A DNA stretch of 63,733 bases from positions 35,191,879 to 35,255,611 of the forward strand of contig NC_069004.1 in the NCBI RefSeq assembly GCF_001194135.2, given 5' to 3'. The notes under the pieces are model-generated. The model was not told the origin of the DNA. It searched no databases and saw only the letters and a list, made by a program, of their open reading frames with translations. This document shows, one piece after another, positions 26,965 through 40,960 of this stretch. The translations under genes and the position numbers were made by a program. Source of the DNA: Octopus bimaculoides (lineage: Eukaryota). Position 1 is the first letter of the stretch; each line of letters begins with the position of its first letter.

Positions 26965-27130
26965 TTTTGTCACAAAGCCGGCAATTTTAGAGGAACGAGG
27001 TTAAGTCGATTACATTGACCCGCCAGCGCTAAACTTGTCCTTATTCTACCGGCCCCGAAAGAACGACAAGTTAAGTCGACGTAGGCGGTATTTGAACCTA
27101 GAACGTAAATTTAGGTAGAAATGGCGAGAC
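26965..27130 (-). mobile_element. SINE family A, second tandem copy
   Basis: gtcacaaagccggcaatttt...aagtcgacgtaggcggtatttgaacctagaacgta. Confidence 0.7.
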
Positions 27131-27689
27131 ATCTATCACAATCAGATTAACAACCTTAGGGAGGAAAACAAACGAACACCTGTACACTCACAGAATCACA
27201 CACACACAAGCACACAAATATATATATATACATGTATATATATATATACATATATATATATATANNNNNNNNNNNNNNNNNNNNNNNNNNNNNNNNNNNN
27301 NNNNNNNNNNNNNNNNNNNNNNNNNNNNNNNNNNNNNNNNNNNNNNNNNNNNNNNNNNNNNNNNNNNNNNNNNNNNNNNNNNNNNNNNNNNNNNNNNNNN
27401 NNNNNNNNNNNNNNNNNNNNNNNNNNNNNNNNNNNNNNNNNNNNNNNNNNNNNNNNNNNNNNNNNNNNNNNNNNNNNNNNNNNNNNNNNNNNNNNNNNNN
27501 NNNNNNNNNNNNNNNNNNNNNNNNNNNNNNNNNNNNNNNNNNNNNNNNNNNNNNNNNNNNNNCGTGGCTTAGTGTTGCAGTAATTAGCTTTTAGTCTGAA
27601 TGTAATAAATTGAAAATTAAATGAGTTTAAATGGACAACAGCCATCGTCTGGAGAGACATGGAGACTTGGGAGAGGATTTAGCAGAGAG

Positions 27690-28245
27690 ATGGGATGCCT
27701 ATGGAGAGTAAGGTGACATTGGAAGTAGGTATGGAGGGCGGTGGAGAGTGATAGGGGTGGGGGAGTAATAGAAAGATAGGGGGGGTCCGATGGGGGGAAG
27801 AGGTAAAGCGGGATGTGTATATAGAAGGAGATTTATAGGAAGAGAGGGCGTGGGGAAGCGAAATAGGAAGAGAGAGTTAGGGGAGAGTGGTTGGAGGAGT
27901 GGAGAGAAAGGGAGATAATATGTGAGAGTGAAAGAGGGAGAGATGGCGAAAAGAGGGAGAAAGAGTGATAGATAGGAGAGGGGGAGTTGTAGAGAATGAG
28001 AAGACATGTGTGGAATAGGAAAAGTTTTATGAGAAAGAGAGTGAGAGTAAGAGGATAGAGATATAGAGAGGGAGAAAGACTGACAACGTGCAAGAGAGGG
28101 AGAAAGCATGAAAGCGTAAAAGAGGGGGAGAGGGTGAAAGAGACAGAAAAAGATAGAGAGAAAGCGAGATGTGAGAAAGAGATTGAAAGACAGGAGGAGA
28201 GAGACAGAGGGAGAAAGAGGGAGTGAGTGAGAGAGAGAGAGAGTA
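27690..28245 (+). repeat. Polypurine (GA/GGA) low-complexity tract
   Basis: About 550 bp that is strongly A/G-biased on the + strand. Confidence 0.85.
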
Positions 28246-28825
28246 AAATGTTTGAAATCAAGAATTATTACAAAATAACAATTACAGAATTATGAAAGGA
28301 TTCCATATGAAATAATGATAGATCTAACGATATCTCCAGCCACGACTACCACCACCAAAAGAAAAAAAAGATTATTAATATAAATGAGGAAGTAATTTTG
28401 GTTTAGAACCAAAGAGAGATTCTTAATGTCGACGCTCAGCCTGCTAGAAATAGTAGGCAAATCTCTAATAAATCTCGGGAACTTGCACACAATCATTTTA
28501 ATATATATATATATATATATATATACATACACGAGCGCACACACACATATGTGCGTGTATGTATAGGATCATGTGATATTTGATACAATGTATATGAAAC
28601 ACAAAACTATTTGGATTACTTTATGTTGTGTATCCTTCGGGTTTGATACTATTGCGTGGTACCTAAGGCCAAGGCTTCCTTCACTCCAGGGCTAACCAAA
28701 CTCGAGAGAGGAAAACTGTACAGAAGCACGTTGTATATAAATGTGTGATTAGATATATAAGGCTAACTAACAGAAACTTCGAAGTTACTATCATCTTTTG
28801 TAAAAGTAAGATAAATATTTTTTTC

Positions 28826-28871
28826 TACTCTAGGCACAAGGCCCGAAAATTTTAGAGAAGGAGCCAGTCGA
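28826..28871 (-). mobile_element. SINE family A 3' tip
   Basis: ctactctaggcacaaggcccgaaaatttt..ccagtcgat. Confidence 0.75.
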
Positions 28872-28957
28872 TATATGTATATACATACATACATATATAT
28901 ATATATATACATTTATATATACATATATATACATATACATAAAACACACACACACAC

Positions 28958-29114
28958 GACGGGCTTTCTTTTAGTTTCTATCTACCAAATTCACTCAGAA
29001 AGCTTTGGCCGGCCCGAGGCTATAGTAGATGACACTTGCTCAAGGTGCCACTCAGTGGGACTGAACTCGTAACCGTGCGGTTGGGAAGCAAACTTTTTAC
29101 CACACTGCCTGCGC

Positions 29115-29118
<4 letters not shown>
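28958..29118 (-). mobile_element. SINE family B 5' half
   Basis: gacgggctttc...cccgaggctatagtagatgacacttgctcaaggtgccactcagtgggactgaac...ttaccacactgcctgcgc. Confidence 0.88.
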
Positions 29119-29157
<39 letters not shown>

Positions 29158-29614
29158 AGCGAGCGAATACCAACATACGGTGAATAATTGCCAGCTCATT
29201 ACAGTTGTTTCTCAACGTATCTTTTTAATAGAAGAATGAGAATATTACATCATTATAAAAGATCGTAATCAACGGATGAGAAGTGATTTTAGAAAACAAA
29301 AGAATATTCCAAGAATACAGCAGGAATGTGTCTGTCGAAGCCAACTGTGAAATGGGAGAGTGACCAACTATGTTGGCCGTTTAGGTTAAGAAAACAGTTC
29401 CTGAAAGTGTGAAATATGGTATGTAAGGTCAGCGACCCGGTGAGAAATGAGTCTGCTAGACTAGTTCTTAGGAGTGGGGTGTAGGTGATGTTTTATTATA
29501 GTAAGCTCAGACCAGTGGGTAACAAGAAGAGGTCCTAATATAAATTAGGGACAAAGAGAGAATTTATTTTTTCTTTATTCTTTATTTCTTTATCCTTAAT
29601 AATCGTTACCAAGT

Positions 29615-29770
29615 TGGGTAAAAAGCTTTGCAGCATTTAGTTCGCCTTTATGTCTTGACTTCAAAAACTGCCGAGGTCGACTTTGCCTTTCATCCTCTCG
29701 AACTGGATCAAAAAAATACCAACTGAACACTTATCCGCTCCCCTGAAATTACTGGCCTTTTGATAAAATT
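29615..29770 (+). mobile_element. SINE family A fragment
   Basis: gccgaggtcgactttgcctttcatcctctcg...cccctgaaattactggcctt. Confidence 0.75.
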
Positions 29771-30357
29771 TCAAAATCCGTATACGCTGGAATTTGTTCA
29801 AATGTAATCCACCAGTTTAATATTTCAATTGATTTTAGTATAACTCCGCATAAATGCAAGTGATCGTTACCTCTACGAAGAGATTGCTCTGAGGGCTGTA
29901 TTTTTTGTCAGGTACATTATGGGATATCGTGTATCTTGCATGACGGTAATACTTCGATTGTATATAAAGGCCTTCCTTGCAGTTCATCTGTCATTTTCAG
30001 TTATCTTTATATATCACATCCCTCGTCACTAACTGCTATACTGGTCACAGAGGATATCGTCTTTTGGTCACTGCCTGAATGAAGTTGTTTCTCACAGAAA
30101 CAAATGTCTGTCGAAGTAGAGAGTTGTGGCATAGGCATACACCTATGGCGTCTTCACGTTGGATATCATTTGGACTTCGCGAGTTTTTTTCATTCACTTT
30201 TGACGTGAATCATGGCTACGAGTAACTTATAAGTTTTTGGGAGATGGTCGTTGAGCACTTACTTTTTTGATGCGCTGAGATGTACTCGTGCCGGATTCTC
30301 GTGCTTCTCATTGGCATACACTCACTCATAATAGACATACATGCATACACTACAGGC

Positions 30358-30397
<40 letters not shown>

Positions 30398-30986
30398 TGC
30401 ATATTTGTATATACACTTCTTACGCTAAATGCATAGATTCATATATTTATTTACATATAAATGAATGATATCCATGTATATATACATGTATGTATATATA
30501 TCTATATATGAATGTGTTTATAATTTATATACATAGATACAAACGTAGATGCCTACATACTGTATGTATATATTTTTTAAAGTAAAATAACCAGCTATCA
30601 TTGTTTATCTCCATCTTTTGTACATCAGCATTGTCAGTGCAATAATCCCATAGAAACATGGAAATATTTTTACAGAAGATTCCATCTCTCACTCCCTCTC
30701 TCTCTCTTTACTTCTCGCTGGCTTCCTCCTCCTCCCCCCCATCATTCCTTCCTCCGCCTCTCCTCCTCTCCTCGTCACATACTTACTGCCATTATTACAT
30801 TTGTCAATATACCGCCATTTTTCTAGTATCTTATCTGTTTTTACTTCAATATTTGCCACGAAAATGTGTTTTGGTTTTTAAAAAAAAATTCTTTTGGAAA
30901 TCTGTTGATTTCAACAGCAAGAAAATCTACGTATGTTTAAACACAAATACATATAGCTATATATATACAGATATATATTCAGTCAT

Positions 30987-31032
<46 letters not shown>

Positions 31033-31328
31033 ATATATATATGTACACACACACACACATATACACACATACATCATACATATGTATGCATTTATAGATA
31101 GATAGATAGACACATAGAATACTTTCAAACATGCATGCACATATGCATAGATATTGGTGTGCATATACTGTCCAACTGCATAAACAACAATATATATTTA
31201 TACATTATATATAGGTATATTAAATATACATATAATGTATATTTTTATATATGGTATGTACGCGCGTCTTTCTGTGTTTGTATGTGTATATACGATATGG
31301 ATTGAGATAAAGAGAAACAGAGAGAGAA

Positions 31329-31391
<63 letters not shown>

Positions 31392-31407
31392 AAGAAAAGA
31401 AGAAACA

Positions 31408-31472
<65 letters not shown>

Positions 31473-31939
31473 TAAGCAAAACCAGGGAAAAGTGTGTTTA
31501 ATACATTTAGTAGAGTCCATTCAATTGAAAAGCAAGATTTCGCGTTTCGTTGCTCAGAGATACTCGTGTCTTGCATGTTGTTGAATCAGATAAATATGTA
31601 TGTAAATATATATGTTTGTATGTGTGTGTATGTAAGTATTAATGTCTACAGATGAGTGAACGTTTCGATGTGATTGTGTGTGTGTTGTGTGTATACATTG
31701 TGTGTCTTTGTGTGTGTGTGTGTGTGTGTGTTTGTGTATGCGCGTGTTTGTATGTATACATTGTGTGTGTGTGTATCTGTGTTATTCTCTTCTTTGCTAG
31801 TCTGTGGCAAAGACCCATGACCTTTGCCGCCCTCCACTAACCTCGTGAACGATAAAATCCATGCCTCTAAAAATCTGTTTAAACTGTTACAGGAAGATAT
31901 GAGCATGCAACAGAATTCAAAGAGCCGATAATCTGGGGA

Positions 31940-32880
31940 AAATTACTGGCCCTAGGAGGTCCTAAGTGTTCCTGATGATCAGACTCAACCACAATAAAGA
32001 GGAGTGCAGAGACGAGAGAGTCGAGTGATGGCAATATGAAGCGAAACGGTTTCAAGGAGAAGAGGTCATTTTACTAATGGTAGAAAAGAAAAATAGAGAG
32101 ACGAGGCATCGAGGTTGTGGGCCTGAGACAGGAGTATGGTCTTCAATAATTATCTGTGGCGTGCTTTTCCTCCGAATGCTATCCAAGATAGTTGCGTTGG
32201 CAGTGACAGAACTGTCTTAGATGTGGTAGAAGTACCTCATTTGTAAGCCTCTTTCCTTGCACATAATCAGCAGCTATGAGAAGCAAAATACCCTGTGGTT
32301 TCGCAGAAAGGAGCTGGTATTTAGTCCCACGTATCCATTGCGTATGATTTCATCAGAAGGGATCCCAGAAGATATGATAGAAAGGTCCAGCATTTAAAAC
32401 AGCAACAAGGGCACTGTATGAGCGCCAAACATGTTTGTTGAGTGTGGTGCAGTGGGATTTTCTTGATATAAGTAAGGCTTGAGCTTTTGACGTTGTTTTG
32501 GTGTTTTTTGCTCTTAAAAGAGACAAGGTTAGCGTAACTCCAATGAAGGACTCATTGCCTACGATCATGGATGCCAATTTAATGTGGAGTGTAGGTCGTG
32601 TTTAGAGGTTACAGGCTTTAGACGAAATTATGTCGAAAGGAAGGGTCGTGTCGCCTGCATCATGGTGAGCGTTACAACAGAGAAGAGCAAGGAGAACATT
32701 ACGGTGAAGATGGTACACAGTTTGGGACAGACGCGAATCCTGTGAGGCACAGAGTTTTACAGACACAGATTAATCGCTTACCATTCCTATTTCTAAGAAT
32801 GAACGGTTTCTACGAAGGAAACGTCGCTGTTTCCCGCCAGAGCAACGGGGTACTCGTTATTTTGAGTGTTCTCATCTCTA
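31940..32880 (-). mobile_element. Degenerate LINE reverse transcriptase (CR1/L2/jockey group)
   Basis: With frameshifts the minus strand gives SFL..R, VPQDSRLSQTV (VPQGS motif), HDAGDTTL (YADD), KAQALLISRK, YHI*DSS...ILDSIRRK and ASSLYF, in canonical RT order. Confidence 0.7.
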
Positions 32881-32945
32881 CGGTATGTAGCAATGGATAT
32901 ACATACACACACAGAATATGTATGCATGTATGAGTATATATGTAT

Positions 32946-32995
<50 letters not shown>

Positions 32996-33953
32996 ATGTA
33001 TGTTCATATATATGCATGTATATATATATGTATATATATAAAGAAAAAATGTAAGCATGGAAGCGAGCATGTACACATGCGCAGATATATATGTTTGTAC
33101 ATACGCACATGGGTATATATGAATATTTATGTCTATATGCATGTCTATATGCTTGTACGCAGATGTATGTATGCACATATCTAGGAATGCGTGTAACAAT
33201 GCTCCTACCTTAATATATATTCGCATAGCATCACTTGTCTATCTAAACTTATCTCGTTCTATATTCCAATTCTTTCACTCTCCCATTATAAATAGATACT
33301 TGTCTCTCTCTCCCCACCCCATTTATGTGTATAGATATATATATTCACATTCATACATATATGTATTTCATATGTATATATACACATATATAAACATATT
33401 TATATACATATGTTGCTTATGCACACACACATATGTGTGTCACTGTACCATTCTATCTCCATATATTTTTATTTCTTTATCCAATTTCCGGTACGTTTTT
33501 TGAGAGCATCGTCCCTTCCACGCCAACCCCCGCCCCCGCTGCACCATTCCACCATCGTTGCGTGCTGCACCACCATTGCATCTCTCCACTTCACGTCTGC
33601 AATGATTCTCCCACCACCAATCCAAACCCTTTAAGTTGGTACCTTTTAAAATTCCTACCTTCAAGATAATCTTTTTTGCGCTTCCTCAATTGTTTTGTCT
33701 GTAGTTATTGCCAAATTGTTCCATGTTGGCGATGGTGGCGCTGCGATTGTTGCTGGTGCTGTTGCTGCTGAAGCGGATAATACTACTACTACTACTACTA
33801 CTACTACTAACAATAATAATGATAATAATAATAATAGATGTGATAAAGGTGATGGTTGGTGGTGTTGCGAAAGCAATGGTGCTTTTGTGATGTTCTTTTA
33901 TACCGTACAAAATCCAATATTTTCGTATCTGTATTATTACGTACCTGCATACA

Positions 33954-33985
<32 letters not shown>

Positions 33986-34079
33986 CATACTTACATATAT
34001 ATATACATACATATATATACATATATACATACTTACACATATATATATGTATGCATATATGTAAAAATATTTATATGTA

Positions 34080-34120
<41 letters not shown>

Positions 34121-34255
34121 ATATATATATACTTATATAAACTTACATATATACATACATATATATACATATATACATACATACATATGTATATACAGAT
34201 GTATGATGCATATATATTATTTACATATGCCTATATATATCAATTATATTAATTG

Positions 34256-34296
<41 letters not shown>

Positions 34297-34424
34297 ATAT
34301 GTCAGCATGTGTATATAAAAATGTAGTATACAACATTATGCATGCACTTAAGTATGTGCGTATAATTTATACAGATTCCTTCTGTTTCAAAGGATTTTTT
34401 ATAGATGAGCGATAGGTGAGCACG

Positions 34425-34457
<33 letters not shown>

Positions 34458-35083
34458 ATTCTTTAATCTATATTGTTGCATACATTGTCCACATTCGCGC
34501 ACACCTGTGTATACACCTGTACAAACGAACAGGCGAAAACACAGTTATACACACACACACACACATTCATACACCTGTCTTTCCATAAACATAAGTATAT
34601 TTATGTGTGTGTGTGTGTGCGTGTGTGTGTGTATATGTATATATACTCAATTACTTATCTCTGTGCATATGCTAACAGATATACACTAAGATATACGGGG
34701 GAACGTAAACATGCGCGGAACTGTGTGCGTGTATATGTGTGCGTGTATATGTGTGCGTGTCCATGTTCGTGTGTCTTTGTACCAGACTGGGGTACATTTT
34801 TCTAACAAAATATTTCTACCCAAACCTTGCTATTAACTGATGGAACCACTGATTCTTTCTTCCTTTCTTTTTTTTTCTTTCTTACATACACACGATCAGT
34901 ATGTATGTACGAATCTATGTGTGTGATGGATAGATGGATAGATAGATAGATAGATGGATGGATGGATGGATGGATGGATGGATAGATATATGGATGGATG
35001 GATGGATGCATGGATGGATATATAGACAGAAACAGATACCTACATAAATATACTGGCGTATATATGTATATATATAGATATAT

Positions 35084-35162
<79 letters not shown>

Positions 35163-35472
35163 TATACAATTATATAATTACATATACAGGTATATAGATA
35201 TATCTACATACACACATATTTATATGCTTAGTCTACGTACGCGTATATATGTATGTGTATACATATATATTTATAATGTTACATAAATAGGTATTTATAT
35301 GAATGTTTGTTTAATCTACCTGAACACATATTCAGTCCATTTCCTAGACTTGGTCTTGTTAGATGTAAACTATTATTTACTTATTACAGTACACACAGAA
35401 ACATATGCACACACACACAAACACACACAGACAGACACACACACAAACACACACAGACAGACACACACACAT

Positions 35473-35514
<42 letters not shown>

Positions 35515-35790
35515 AAGCATGGACATAAATACGTATAACATATGTGCTTACGTAACTCCTTCGTACTCGTGGTCGTCTATAATTGTCTTTATATAATCTT
35601 TGTATTTCTCTTTTTCTGAAATCTGTTTCCTCGAATTTGCTTCAAAAAATATTCCATTTTCTTTGCATTTTCCAAAATTTTCTCTCAGTATTTCCTATTT
35701 CAACAACGTTTCCAAAAATTCTTTACACCTTTTTCTCTCTGATTTCTATTCTTCTTGTTCGTCTTTTATTTTTAGAGTTTCTTGCATTTG

Positions 35791-35847
<57 letters not shown>

Positions 35848-35909
35848 CCTCTGTTTGTTTTAATTTTGCTTCGTTTACGTATCTTGGGGCAAGATAAAAC
35901 TTCTTCAAA

Positions 35910-36305
35910 ATCATCGTCATCATCATCATTATCATCGCCATTATCATCTTCATTGTCGTCATCGTTGTCATCACCATCACCACCACTATCATCATGAACA
36001 TCACCACCACCACCATCAGCAACATCATCAACACTACCACTACCATCATTACCACTAATGCCGTCATCATCATCGTCACCATCATCATTATTATCATCAT
36101 AATCATCATCAGGGGTGTAAACGCCACCATATTTAGTGTTTTCCGCAAAATAGATTTTCACCGTTATTGACACCAGCACCATAAGCAGCAGCAACAGTAG
36201 GAAAACCACAATCATCATCATCACCATCGTCATCATCATCACCATCACCGACAACATTATCATCGTCTTCACCGTCAAACGCAACAACGTCAACAATAAC
36301 AACAA
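35910..36305. repeat. Cryptic (CAT/CAC/CAA)n array
   Basis: Seen directly. Confidence 0.9.
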
Positions 36306-36513
36306 AATGAATTCTATGATGATCTCTGAGAATAAAACGTGTTTTGTTTTTTTAGCCATTTGTATTCCTCGCCATTCTTTGATTCCAGATCAAAGAGCAA
36401 AAATCTCAGACTCAGTTCTTTCATTTAATTTCCTTGATGTCAGTTCAACCTAATCTAATAATCCGTCTGTCTATCTATCTATCCATCTATCTATCTATCT
36501 ATGTATCTGAAGG

Positions 36514-36557
<44 letters not shown>

Positions 36558-36591
36558 CTTCTCTCTCTCTCTCTCTATCTCTCTCTCTCCT

Positions 36592-36624
<33 letters not shown>

Positions 36625-36729
36625 TCCTGCACATCTATTTATCAGTTTGTCTGATAGATACCCACCTGACGCTCAGTCTATCAATCAATCCATGAATTTA
36701 TTTACCTCTTCTTTTATATATGCCTATAT

Positions 36730-36975
36730 ATGTGTGAGCTAGCGATCGTGAGATCAATTCCTGCGTCGGGTGGTGCATTGCGTGCATGAGCAAAACACTT
36801 CCTCGCAAGTTGCTCTGCGATTACAACGATATCAGACGAGTGGCACACTGTGTACCTGTTCAGGTAACATAGATTTGATGGAGGAGAGAGTGAGCAAATG
36901 CGCGGCACGAACATTTGATCCCAATAAACGAATCACTTGTGCAGATCGTGTCGGCAAAAGGCTGAACGCCCATAC
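36730..36975 (+). mobile_element. SINE family C
   Basis: gatcgtgagatcaattcc..gagcaaaacacttcctcgcaagttgctc..ggcacactgtgtacctg..gatttgatggagg. Matches the reverse complement of 18385-18500. Confidence 0.75.
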
Positions 36976-37006
36976 GTTGTCTTCGACGGGGGAGTCCGTC
37001 ATATCT

Positions 37007-37059
<53 letters not shown>

Positions 37060-37884
37060 TGTGTGTGTGTATGTGTGTACACAAAATATACAAAAACATG
37101 AGTATATAACCATATATGCATATGCATATATCTATATACATCTTCAGCACACAAGTATATTTATGTATAAGAATATATATATGATTGAACATGTGTATAT
37201 AAGTATATGTATGTGTATCTATATATACACGTCTACATATATTTATAGGTATGTGTGTGTGTGCATGTATGTATTTATACATATCTGTCCGTCAATCTAA
37301 CTATCTTTATAATACATATATATATATATATATGCATACATACATACATATCCCTACGAAGCAAAACACTTTCCACTTATCCCAAACACGTAATTATTTT
37401 CTTTTCTACAATCGGAAGCAATTTAACCGGAAATAAACAAACACACAAAAACATCGCTATTTCAGTGACAGTGATGAGTAGATATTGAACAGTGTTGTTG
37501 TTGATGATGGTCTTGCTGCTATATTGTTGTTGATATTGTTGCTGTTGTCGTTGTTGTTGCTGCTGCTGCTGCAGCTGCCATTGACCCGAGCCAAACAGTT
37601 CTTTGACTGTTGTCAGACGTATAGGAAATGGCGATGTCTTCTTATCTTGGTAGACATCTGCTCCTCCGTAAGCAACGAGCAAACAACGGCACACATAAAA
37701 ATATAAATAAATACAAGTATACTGTTCCATGTCTACGAGGATGTGTGCATGAATAATATATATGTCTGTCTGCCTCTGTGTGTGCGCGCGCGCATGTGTG
37801 TCTGCATGTGAATATCTCATGTACGTATATATGTGTGTGCATGTGTGAGCACATATATATATATAAATGAATGCATATATACTG

Positions 37885-37931
<47 letters not shown>

Positions 37932-38059
37932 ATGTAGATATATTTGTATATTTATGATATGTATATATGTATATATACATGCATATTTAGATATATTATA
38001 TATATAAATATATACATATATAATTATGTATATGCGTGTGTAATTTTGTGTGTGTGTGT

Positions 38060-38400
38060 GTAACTCAGCGAGTTGCAGCCTCAATTTTGCTTTCCCTAAG
38101 GAAACACAAATTTTGAATGGTGTTCCCCAAAGAAGTATCTCGGGGCCATTACTATCTATAGCAACTGTCTCAGACATGCTGAAGGTCACTCGGACAATGC
38201 CGAAGGTCACTAGTTATGTTGATAGTACAAAATTATCACAGGCAATATCGTACCCTGACGATGTCTCAAGCTTACAGTAGAATCTAAATACAATGTACAA
38301 GTGGGCGAAGAAAACAACATGCAGTTTAATGCTTGAAAATTTCAAGTACCGCACCATCAGCTTCCGAATGCACCGCAGCCTGCAGGACCCGAAGGTACTG
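38060..38400 (+). mobile_element. LINE reverse transcriptase fragment (CR1/L2/jockey group)
   Basis: NGVPQRSISGPLL...SYVDSTKLSQAI..DDVSSLQ*NLNTMYKWA, then after a frameshift NNMQFNA*KF: the GVPQGS, YADD and NxMxFN motifs. Confidence 0.85.
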
Positions 38401-38452
38401 TAATCTCAGAGTCGGAGACAATAAGAAACTCGGCGGTCAGTTTTCGTAAGGA

Positions 38453-38505
<53 letters not shown>

Positions 38506-38907
38506 GTACATACATAATTATGCATGAGTAAAATGTTCTAGCTCAGACCTGGTTTGGATTCTTGCGTAATCCAAAGAAATAAAAAAGATGTATAAAATTA
38601 AGTATGTATACACACACAGCTATATACTTGACTGTGTGTGAGTGAGTGAATGAGTACAAGTGTGTGTGTGTGTGCGTGTGTATGTGTGTATGTTTTTGTG
38701 AGTGGATAGAAATAAAACTGCAAAAATAAAATCTAGAGTATATATATGCGGTAATACATATTGTGATATCTAAAAATATCTTTAAATAGAGATATTCTTT
38801 ATGAAATTGTTCTAGAAACATGTTATGATATGGTTGCGAATATACTGCCTCTGCAAAACTATGTTGGTGAAACTCATCGAATAACGCTTTGCTCGTTTTT
38901 ACATTAG

Positions 38908-38928
38908 TCTAACTTCTCACAGCAACAT
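38908..38928 (+). other. Candidate 21-nt microexon (alternative acceptor gives 6 nt, 38923-38928)
   Basis: ttTGCtcgtttttacattAG|tctaacttctcacagcaacat|GTGAGT. Both lengths preserve frame. Confidence 0.3.
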
Positions 38929-39180
38929 GTGAGTCTTACAATCAGGACAGAAGACGATGCCTTTCGCCTTCAACAGGGGTAGGAGGGCTGGAGAATGATA
39001 TCCTCAAATTGATCACCTCGTCCAAATGCTTGCAAAACAATAATATATTGTTTCTAAATCAGCTGTCTAGAAAGAGAATGAGAATTGAACAGTCGATTGT
39101 ATCGAGTTGGCAGATGATTCAAGTTGGATCTGAGCACAAAATGTTAAGATCTAAAATCCACCACCTTTTCAAAAGCGTGT

Positions 39181-39213
<33 letters not shown>

Positions 39214-40460
39214 GTATGTATACACTCATACATATTAATATGTACACAAAACTCATGCAAACACACACACACAAGCACACATATATATGTGCATGTGTGT
39301 GTGTGTGTGTGTAGGAATGGGGGGTGGGATTTAGCACATTCCCCAAAGTCTAGTAAATGCGAAACGTAAACAGTTTCAATATTTATTTAATGACTTTGAT
39401 TTTTGCAGAAACGATTTGACTTTTGCATAGAAAAACAATAAAATAATTGATAATTTAGTTTAAATGAAACAAAACTTCTGTAAAACGAAAAATCATCGCC
39501 ATAACATCTATGTACATACANNNNNNNNNNNNNNNNNNNNNNNNNNNNNNNNNNNNNNNNNNNNNNNNNNNNNNNNNNNNNNNNNNNNNNNNNNNNNNNN
39601 NNNNNNNNNNNNNNNNNNNNNNNNNNNNNNNNNNNNNNNNNNNNNNNNNNNNNNNNNNNNNNNNNNNNNNNNNNNNNNNNNNNNNNNNNNNNNNNNNNNN
39701 NNNNNNNNNNNNNNNNNNNNNNNNNNNNNNNNNNNNNNNNNNNNNNNNNNNNNNNNNNNNNNNNNNNNNNNNNNNNNNNNNNNNNNNNNNNNNNNNNNNN
39801 NNNNNNNNNNNNNNNNNNNNNNNNNNNNNNNNNNNNNNNNNNNNNNNNNNNNNNNNNNNNNNNNNNNNNNNNNNNNNNNNNNNNNNNNNNNNNNNNNNNN
39901 NNNNNNNNNNNNNNNNNNNNNNNNNNNNNNNNNNNNNNNNNNNNNNNNNNNNNNNNNNNNNNNNNNNNNNNNNNNNNNNNNNNNNNNNNNNNNNNNNNNN
40001 NNNNNNNNNNNNNNNNNNNNNNNNNNNNNNNNNNNNNNNNNNNNNNNNNNNNNNNNNNNNNNNNNNNNNNNNNNNNNNNNNNNNNNNNNNNNNNNNNNNN
40101 NNNNNNNNNNNNNNNNNNNNNNNNNNNNNNNNNNNNNNNNNNNNNNNNNNNNNNNNNNNNNNNNNNNNNNNNNNNNNNNNNNNNNNNNNNNNNNNNNNNN
40201 NNNNNNNNNNNNNNNNNNNNNNNNNNNNNNNNNNNNNNNNNNNNNNNNNNNNNNNNNNNNNNNNNNNNNNNNNNNNNNNNNNNNNNNNNNNNNNNNNNNN
40301 NNNNNNNNNNNNNNNNNNNNNNNNNNNNNNNNNNNNNNNNNNNNNNNNNNNNNNNNNNNNNNNNNNNNNNNNNNNNNNNNNNNNNNNNNNNNNNNNNNNN
40401 NNNNNNNNNNNNNNNNNNNNNNNNNNNNNNNNNNNNNNNNNNNNNNNNNNNNNNNNNNNN

Positions 40461-40810
40461 TACCAAAATCACATAAAAATATCTTGAAATACTAAAGAGT
40501 AAATTTATTCAATAAAATTGTCATTGGCTTCAACCTCGGCCTCCAGACGACTTCGGGATCTCTTCTGGACAGCCTCCTTGTTTAAGTTGGTGAATGCTGC
40601 CATAATCCGTGCCTTCAAGGAGTTTTGTTGGTCTCTCTCAGCTGCGCCCCACACATAATAATCAAGGGGGGTTGCAGTCTGGGGAGTTAGGTGGCCAGAT
40701 GTTAGGAGTGATGTGGTCACAGAAAATGTCTGACAGCCATGACTGGGTTCTCCTGCTTGTGTGGCATGGTGTAGAGTCCTGGTGCTAGACATAGGTTCTT
40801 CTAGCAACTA
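40461..40810 (-). mobile_element. Tc1/mariner DD37D (maT) transposase 3' remnant
   Basis: HQDSTPCHTSRRTQSWLSDIFCDHITPNIWPPNSPDCNP[+1]LDYYVWG...RSRLEAEVEANDNFIE*. There are 37 residues between the last two Asp after correcting one extra C. Confidence 0.88.
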
Positions 40811-40814
40811 CCCT

Positions 40815-40960
40815 CTGACCGGTGTTCCGGTGTTCCAATTGTTTTGGTGGGTGTGAAACCACCTGTTATCTACAGTTGTTCCCAGGTCTACTCTGATCCG
40901 GAGTAATAGCAATTGTCAGGGTCCCACTTATGGATCAACGAGTACGTCTCCCTACTCAGA
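40815..40960 (+). mobile_element. SINE family D fragment (possibly Ceph-SINE type; name from recall)
   Basis: ttcccaggtctactctgatccggagtaatagcaattgtcagggtcccacttatggatcaa. Inverted match at 54220-54320. Confidence 0.6.

Noticed and set aside
30070-30115. CTGAATGA...GAAACAAATGTC hammerhead-like string
   Set aside because: Extra base in the core, no stem I, and stem II cannot close.
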